Of a stretch of DNA of 10,706 nucleotides, positions 5,316 to 10,706 are shown piece after piece (within the stretch, counting starts at the first letter, position 1; each line of letters starts with the position of its first letter). The translations under genes were made by a program, and so were the position numbers. The notes under the pieces are model-generated. The model made no database searches and had not been told where the DNA came from. It saw only the letters and a program-made list of their open reading frames with translations. This DNA comes from Candidatus Xenobia bacterium (GTDB taxonomy: Bacteria; Vulcanimicrobiota; Xenobia; Xenobiales; QWHO01): contig BTUM01000146.1 of NCBI GenBank assembly GCA_045863235.1, forward strand, positions 1 to 10,706. Direction: 5' to 3'.

Positions 5316-7703
5316 TTAATCAGGCGGTTTGGGGCGTTTCTGAATCTCGCGAGCCTCCTTGTTGGAGGGGTCTCGAGCCAGGGCATCGCGGGCATAGGAA
5401 CGAGCCAGTTCATAAGATCCTTCCGCCCACAAGAGGGTGGATTTTCGGGCCAGTAAACGGGCGTCGTTGGGGTGGTCCTGCAACCCCTGCGCGACGACCT
5501 CATGAGCCCGCGACACCCGGCCCTGATCGAGCAAAGCCGTCGAAAGGAGCAGTTGAATGGGAACGTTGGACGGATCGCTCTCCCGCGCGCTCTCCAGTTT
5601 GGCCAGAGCCTGATCCACCTGGCCCTGCCGCAGGGCCAAACTGGTGGCCAGGTCGAGGGCCTGGTAGTAGTCGGGATCGCCTGGTTGACAGATTTTCAGC
5701 AACTTCTCAGCCAAGACGGCCTCGGCAGCATGGTCGTTGCGACCTCGCGCGCTCAGGGCCTGGTGATAAAGAGCCAGGCGGTTGCTGGGGTCGACCTGGA
5801 CCAGAACCGCAAAAAACTTCTCGGAGGCGTCGTACTCCTTCTCCTCCAGCAGCAACTTGCCGGCCTTCTCCCCGACCGAGCGGATGGTCTCGTTATCTCC
5901 CTCCTCGAGCCATTGACGGAGCAGGGCCGCGCCCGCCCCCCGCCGAGTTTGTTCGAGCCGGGCAAGCATCACCGCGAGTTGGGGAATGCGCTTCTCGTCC
6001 CGGGTAGCGAGCTCGCGCATGGAGACAGCGGCGTCTCGGGTCTTGCCGGTCAGCAACTGAATCCTAAAGAGATCCTCCAGAATCCAATCCTGATAGGGAA
6101 TCATCTGATGGGCCTCGCTGAGGAGGCTCTCGGCTTCCTGATAGCGACCCAGGTTGCGATACAGGGCCGCCGCCCGGGCGATGCGCCCCTGGTCGAGCGG
6201 GCTGAGCGCTTCGGCCTTGCTCAAGTCCTTTTCAATGGCTGGAGCGGCGGTCTTGAGATCCCCCCGGAACACCGCCAGGTCCTGGCGAGAACGGGCCCGC
6301 TCCACATAGAGCTCTGCCCGGCCAGGTAGAATCTCGATGGCTCGAGACAGCTCATCCACAGCCTGCTCCCACTGCAGCATCGAAGCGTGCTGACGAGCCC
6401 GGGCGAGCAAACCGTCCACCTGGTGGACGCGCACCGCAAACACGATCACCCACAAACCGATCACGACCAGGACGCTTGCAGTCAGAAGACGCACCCAGCC
6501 TGGCAAAGGCCTGGGCGAACGGCGGCCGGGAATTGACACTCCCAGGGCGAGCAGCGCAAACAGCCAGTAAAGCAAGGCCGGAATGCTGATGAGGAAGTTC
6601 AGGGTGCAGAAGGTGCACACTCCCGCCAGAGCTCCGATGACGCCCGCTGCCTCGGCCGGCATCATCGCTCTGCGCACTCGGCGCAGCGCGACCCAGAAAG
6701 TCGTGCCGAGGACCCCCATCCAGAGGCCGAAGCCCACCGACCCCAGCTCGACCAGGACTTCGACATAGTCGTTGTGGGCGACGTTTACGAACTGGCTGGC
6801 CGGGAACAGCTGGCGAACCGGACGAAACTCCTGATAGGCCAGGGCGAAGGTTCCCGGACCCGAGCCCAGCAAGGGGCGCTCCATTCCCGCTTCGAAGCCG
6901 TAGACCAGGATGTCCTGGCGCATCGAGACCCCCTGGTGATCCCGTCCGCTCAAAGCCGACTGAACCCGCTCCACCGATCGATTCAAAAGTCCGGTGGCCA
7001 ACAGGATGAGGCCGACAACCACCAGTGGCAGCAGAACCACCAGCGGAGACAGGCGCGTGCGCCTGTCCTGGCCGCGGACGGCCAGCATCAAGACCGGCAC
7101 TCCCACTAGCACGCCCAGGATGGCGGAACGGGAGGCGCTGCACAGGGCCGTCCCCAGAAGCAAGGCACAGGTAGCCCAGTAGAACCAGAGCCAGCGCAGC
7201 CCTGGAGCCAGGCCCAGACCCAGAGCCAGGAGACCGGCCAACAGAGGGATGACGCTGAAGCTGTCCGCATTCGAGAAGGTTCCATTCAGGCCGATGCTCG
7301 GACTGCGAGCCCAGGCCACCAGCGCGTAGAGCGAGAGAGCTCCCCCCCAAAAAATCAAGCTGGACGCGACCTCTCTCCAGTCCTTCTCGTTGCGAATACA
7401 CTGGGTTAAGAGCAGAACGAGGGCAGCCGCCCCCATCCAGGCAGCCAGCGTGCGCTGGCTGTGATAAACGCTCAAGCTCGTCAAAGTGGACAGCCCCATC
7501 CAGCCGACCAGGCCTGCCAGCAGGAACAAGAGCGGCCTGGCCCTTCGCGCAGGGGGCAGCCACAAGGTAGCCAGCGCCGCCAGCAGGGCGATCCCCCCTC
7601 CGGCGGCCACCGCCATAGCCGGGTACGGGCGGGTGACCCCCGGACTCAACCAGGGGGTGGCCAGCAAGAAGATCGACGCGACCAGCAAGCCCAGTCGCCG
7701 CAT
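5316..7703 (-). CDS. O-antigen ligase-like (Wzy_C) polytopic membrane protein fused to a long C-terminal TPR region, about 795 aa
   Basis: About 12-13 hydrophobic segments. Motifs GTFSNAD, SASRSAILG, RPLLGSGPGTF and AHNDYVEVLVELGSVGF are typical of Wzy_C/WaaL/O-OTase proteins. The last 360 aa or so show TPR-type A..L.P helical repeats (RAIEILP, KAEALSP, VLVQVDPSN, ESDPSN, DALARDPSN). The start is taken as ATG 7703, with GTG 7736 as an alternative. The track start at 7781 overlaps asnB. Stop TAA at 5316-5318. Confidence 0.88.
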   Translation of the reverse strand: MRRLGLLVASIFLLATPWLSPGVTRPYPAMAVAAGGGIALLAALATLWLPPARRARPLLFLLAGLVGWMGLSTLTSLSVYHSQRTLAAWMGAAALVLLLTQCIRNEKDWREVASSLIFWGGALSLYALVAWARSPSIGLNGTFSNADSFSVIPLLAGLLALGLGLAPGLRWLWFYWATCALLLGTALCSASRSAILGVLVGVPVLMLAVRGQDRRTRLSPLVVLLPLVVVGLILLATGLLNRSVERVQSALSGRDHQGVSMRQDILVYGFEAGMERPLLGSGPGTFALAYQEFRPVRQLFPASQFVNVAHNDYVEVLVELGSVGFGLWMGVLGTTFWVALRRVRRAMMPAEAAGVIGALAGVCTFCTLNFLISIPALLYWLFALLALGVSIPGRRSPRPLPGWVRLLTASVLVVIGLWVIVFAVRVHQVDGLLARARQHASMLQWEQAVDELSRAIEILPGRAELYVERARSRQDLAVFRGDLKTAAPAIEKDLSKAEALSPLDQGRIARAAALYRNLGRYQEAESLLSEAHQMIPYQDWILEDLFRIQLLTGKTRDAAVSMRELATRDEKRIPQLAVMLARLEQTRRGAGAALLRQWLEEGDNETIRSVGEKAGKLLLEEKEYDASEKFFAVLVQVDPSNRLALYHQALSARGRNDHAAEAVLAEKLLKICQPGDPDYYQALDLATSLALRQGQVDQALAKLESARESDPSNVPIQLLLSTALLDQGRVSRAHEVVAQGLQDHPNDARLLARKSTLLWAEGSYELARSYARDALARDPSNKEAREIQKRPKPPD

Positions 7704-7737
7704 GGCCTCAAGCCGGCCCGTTTCCCCCTGTCTCACT

Positions 7738-9714
7738 TTAGCGCCTGATTCCCAGGCGGCTGAAGCTGACTGCCGCATCATTGCTCAGATCCTGGTCGAT
7801 GTACATGCGGTGCCACAGCTCGAGCATCAAGAGTATCCATACCTGCTGGCTGGAGTCTCGGCCTCCGGCCCGTTGTTGGGCAACCAGCGCCTGGACCGAG
7901 TCGGGGTCGAAAATTCCTCGCTCCCGCACCGACCGCTCACCGAGCAGGTGTCGAGTCAAGAAGCTCAGATCTCGGCGCAGCCAGAGATCGACCGGGGTTC
8001 CAAAGCCCTGCTTGGGCCGGGCCAGGATGCTCTCGGGCAACTTGTCCGCACTGGCTGCTCGCAAGATCTTCTTTGTCTGCATGCCCTGGATCTTCTGAAA
8101 AAATGGGATCGTGGCGGCGAAGTCCACCACCTTGAGATCGACAAAGGGAACTCGCGCCTCCAGGGAATGGGCCATGGTCAACCGATCGGCCAGAAACAAG
8201 GAATCGCCCGGCAGGTAAGTCCGCAGGTCGACGTACATCAGCTGGTCGCCGAACTGGCGGTCGCGCACGGGCTCAAAATAGGGAAGGAAACGCTGATAGC
8301 TAGGCACACCGGGCACTCGGCCCTCGCGGAACAGACGCCGCTTCTCCTCCTCGGTGAAGTGGCTGTTCCAGGCGATGTACCGTCTCTCCCGAGGAAGGTC
8401 GAGGGGGACCAGGAACTTCTCGAGCAGACGCACCCGATCTTGCCAGACGCTGGCCCCGCCAGCCGGGAGGGTGCGCAGGGCAGGCAGCAAGACCCGCGAG
8501 CGGATGCAGCGAGGAATCACCTGCCAGGGCGGGGCAAACTGGTGGGCGAAGTAGCGCCTGTAGCCGCCGAACAGCTCGTCGCCCCCGATTCCGCTCAGGG
8601 CTACCTTGCAGTACTTTCGAGTGGCCCGGGCCAGCTCATAGTTCGGGATCACCGAAGGGTTGGCCAGTGGCTCGTCCAGGGCGCGCAAGATCTGAGGCAG
8701 CTCTTCGGCGCTCCCGGGCTCGACCGCGAACTCGTGGTGCTCGGTCCCGAGGAACTCGGCGACCTTTCGAGCGTGAACAGACTCGTCGTACATGCCGGAT
8801 TCGGGAAACCCGATACTGAAGGTCTTCAAAGAACGACCGGTCAGCTCGCGCACCAGGGCCACCAGCAGCGAAGAATCGATCCCACCGCTGAGAAATGCGC
8901 CCACCTCGACATCGCTCACCAGGTGTGCCTGTATCGAATCGGACAAGACTTCCAGCACCCGCTCGGGGGTCGTGGGCTGGCAACCTCCCGGAGCAGGGGT
9001 GGACCAGTACTGCCAGAAATCGAGCTTACCCCCCCTCCACTCAGCTGCCTCGCCTGGGCGCAGCTGACGAATGTCGGAAAACAAAGTGGCCGGGGCCGGA
9101 ACATAGAGAAAGCTCAAGAGGTCGGGCAAGGCCTCGCGATTGAGAGAGCGGGCAACTCCCGGGTAGCGCAAGAGAGCCTTGATCTCGCTGGCAAACAGCA
9201 ACCGTTCCCCCCGGATCGTGTAGAAGAGCGGCTTGATTCCGAACGGGTCGCGGGCGAGCAGCAGGCTTCCCTCGTCCTGGTTCCAGATGGCCAGGGCGAA
9301 CATGCCTCGAAGCCTGTCGAGGAACGAACGTCCCCAATGCCGATAGGCGAGCAGGGCGACCTCGGTATCCGAGTGGGTGCGGAAGCGGGCTCCAAGTTGC
9401 TCGAGCTCGTTGCGCAGGGATCGATAATTATAGATTTCTCCGTTGAAGACGATCCAGAATCTGCCGTCTTCGGTGGAAAGAGGTTGATGGCCGCCGGAAA
9501 GATCAATGATCGACAGACGACGCATAGCCAGGCAACAGGTCGGCTCCGGAAGCTGGGGCGGGATTTCCGAGTGACCTTCCAGACTCCCGATCCCGGACAC
9601 GAACCGCCCCGCATCGTCGGGCCCGCGGTGGGTCAACGAATCGTTCATTCGGCCCAGGACTTCAGGGTCGGTGGACTGGAACGCCCCCCCCACGAACCCA
9701 CAAATACCGCACAA
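7738..9714 (-). CDS. asnB: Asparagine synthase (glutamine-hydrolysing) family amidotransferase, probably a glycan-amidating paralogue, 658 aa
   Basis: N-terminal nucleophile MCGICG with RGPDD, RRLSIIDL, FNGEIYN, SDTEV and RDPFGIKPLFY. Synthetase motifs LSGGIDSS, SGIGGDELFGGY, DRLTMAHSLEARVPF and RPKQGF. The TTG start at 9714 is pinned by the requirement for Cys2. Confidence 0.96.
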   Translation of the reverse strand: MCGICGFVGGAFQSTDPEVLGRMNDSLTHRGPDDAGRFVSGIGSLEGHSEIPPQLPEPTCCLAMRRLSIIDLSGGHQPLSTEDGRFWIVFNGEIYNYRSLRNELEQLGARFRTHSDTEVALLAYRHWGRSFLDRLRGMFALAIWNQDEGSLLLARDPFGIKPLFYTIRGERLLFASEIKALLRYPGVARSLNREALPDLLSFLYVPAPATLFSDIRQLRPGEAAEWRGGKLDFWQYWSTPAPGGCQPTTPERVLEVLSDSIQAHLVSDVEVGAFLSGGIDSSLLVALVRELTGRSLKTFSIGFPESGMYDESVHARKVAEFLGTEHHEFAVEPGSAEELPQILRALDEPLANPSVIPNYELARATRKYCKVALSGIGGDELFGGYRRYFAHQFAPPWQVIPRCIRSRVLLPALRTLPAGGASVWQDRVRLLEKFLVPLDLPRERRYIAWNSHFTEEEKRRLFREGRVPGVPSYQRFLPYFEPVRDRQFGDQLMYVDLRTYLPGDSLFLADRLTMAHSLEARVPFVDLKVVDFAATIPFFQKIQGMQTKKILRAASADKLPESILARPKQGFGTPVDLWLRRDLSFLTRHLLGERSVRERGIFDPDSVQALVAQQRAGGRDSSQQVWILLMLELWHRMYIDQDLSNDAAVSFSRLGIRR

Positions 9715-9723
9715 TGGTCAGGA

Positions 9724-10706
9724 TCAGGCCGCGGCGATGGCCAGTCTCTCTTGCTGCAGCAAATCGGGACGGGCGCGGTAATACTCGACTGTGCTCTGGA
9801 TGGTCTCCTCCACGGAAACCACCGGCCGCCAATCCAACTCGTCAAGTGCCCGGTCCACCACCGGAACCCGCTCGATCCCCTCTTCATAGAGCGGGCCGAA
9901 AAGCTCCTTCGGGTCAACATGAATGATGCGAGAACTGGTTTTCGTCTGCTTCAAAACCCGCCTGGCCAGATCGAGGATGCCGATCTCGTTGGCAGGATTC
10001 CCCAGATTCAGCACCATCCCACGCTTGCTCGACGCCATGACGGCCATCAGACCCGTCACGATGTCGCGCACGTCGGTGAAAGCCCGAACCTGGTTTCCGT
10101 CGCCAAAGACGGTCAACGGCTGCCCTGTCAGGGCTGCCACCACGAAGCGCGGCAGGACGAACCCCCCCGTGGGAAGCTGGCGAGGGCCGGCGATGTTGAA
10201 CGGTCTCACGACGTTGACATGCAGGTCAGTCACTTTGGCCTTGTTGATGACCGAAACCTCGGAAGCCAATTTCGCCACCGCGTACTCGAGCCGCACCGAG
10301 TAATCGGGTGAGACCTGACAGGTGTCCGTCTCGTGCAGACAGCCAGGGCGGCCATAGACCTCGGATGTAGAGGCGATGATGAGCCGAGCGCCATGCTCGA
10401 GGGCAACCTGGGCGGTCACCTCTCCGGAAAGCACCACCGAACGGGCGATGTCGCCCGCATAGTCGAGCACGCCCGCCGGGCCCACCACGCTGGCGAGATG
10501 ATAGACCTCGTCGTAACGACACCCGTGCGAGGGGCTCAACTGGCTGCCCGCGTCCTCCACCCGGGTACACAAGACGCGACATCGATCAGAATAAGCTTCT
10601 GGACCGACCACGTTGCTGATCATGCTGTCGACGATGGTGACCTGGCAACCCTGGCCAAGAAGCTGATCCACAAGGTGCGAGCCGACGAACCCGAGCCCTC
10701 CGGTGA
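9724..10706 (-). CDS. NAD-dependent epimerase/dehydratase (extended SDR, nucleotide-sugar modifying), 5'-truncated by the window end
   Basis: The frame stays open past the track's start at 10671 and reads TGGLGFVGSHLVDQLL (GxxGxxG) from 10704. Other motifs are YHLASVVG, ASTSEVYG, YAVAK (YxxxK), RPFNIAGPRQ and FGDGNQVRAF. Stop TGA at 9724-9726. Confidence 0.94.
   Translation of the reverse strand, partial: TGGLGFVGSHLVDQLLGQGCQVTIVDSMISNVVGPEAYSDRCRVLCTRVEDAGSQLSPSHGCRYDEVYHLASVVGPAGVLDYAGDIARSVVLSGEVTAQVALEHGARLIIASTSEVYGRPGCLHETDTCQVSPDYSVRLEYAVAKLASEVSVINKAKVTDLHVNVVRPFNIAGPRQLPTGGFVLPRFVVAALTGQPLTVFGDGNQVRAFTDVRDIVTGLMAVMASSKRGMVLNLGNPANEIGILDLARRVLKQTKTSSRIIHVDPKELFGPLYEEGIERVPVVDRALDELDWRPVVSVEETIQSTVEYYRARPDLLQQERLAIAAA

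Noticed and set aside
237..7563. Other long overlapping ORFs (237-1034 -, 1094-2011 +, 1623-2672 -, 3124-3777 +, 5472-6329 +, 6352-7563 -)
   Set aside because: They are alternative-frame or antisense shadows of well-supported genes, with biased R/G/P/A or Q/H-rich composition and no motifs.
9712..9726. Epimerase-AsnB read-through fusion (same frame, 9-nt gap)
   Set aside because: Two in-frame stops (TGA TCC TGA CCA TTG) separate them, and AsnB needs a free N-terminal Cys.
7486..10311. 941-aa ORF on + strand antisense to asnB and the epimerase
   Set aside because: It is in exact codon register with both minus-strand genes, which happen to share a frame. This is the usual stop-poor antisense shadow in high-GC DNA, and it has no recognisable motifs.

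Overview
GC-rich bacterial cell-envelope region. From left to right: (i) the tail of a non-coding palindromic tandem repeat (74/76-nt units) cut by the window edge; (ii) an HpnN-like MMPL/RND lipid exporter (+); (iii) a short probable remnant of an Rpn/DUF4351-type C-terminus; (iv) a polysaccharide export (OPX, Wza-like) gene with three SLBB domains and a PIG-L/LmbE deacetylase gene (+); (v) a convergent minus-strand operon of NAD-dependent epimerase/dehydratase (5'-truncated), AsnB-type amidotransferase and a large O-antigen-ligase (Wzy_C)/TPR fusion. All the proteins belong to known families, and I see no clearly new multi-gene system. The best leads are a structured 99-nt element between the convergent genes, the tandem repeat, atypical residues and a codon shift in the HpnN-like gene, and the Wzy_C-TPR protein as a possible protein-glycosylation enzyme. 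Family calls come from motifs recognised by eye, and no database search was run.
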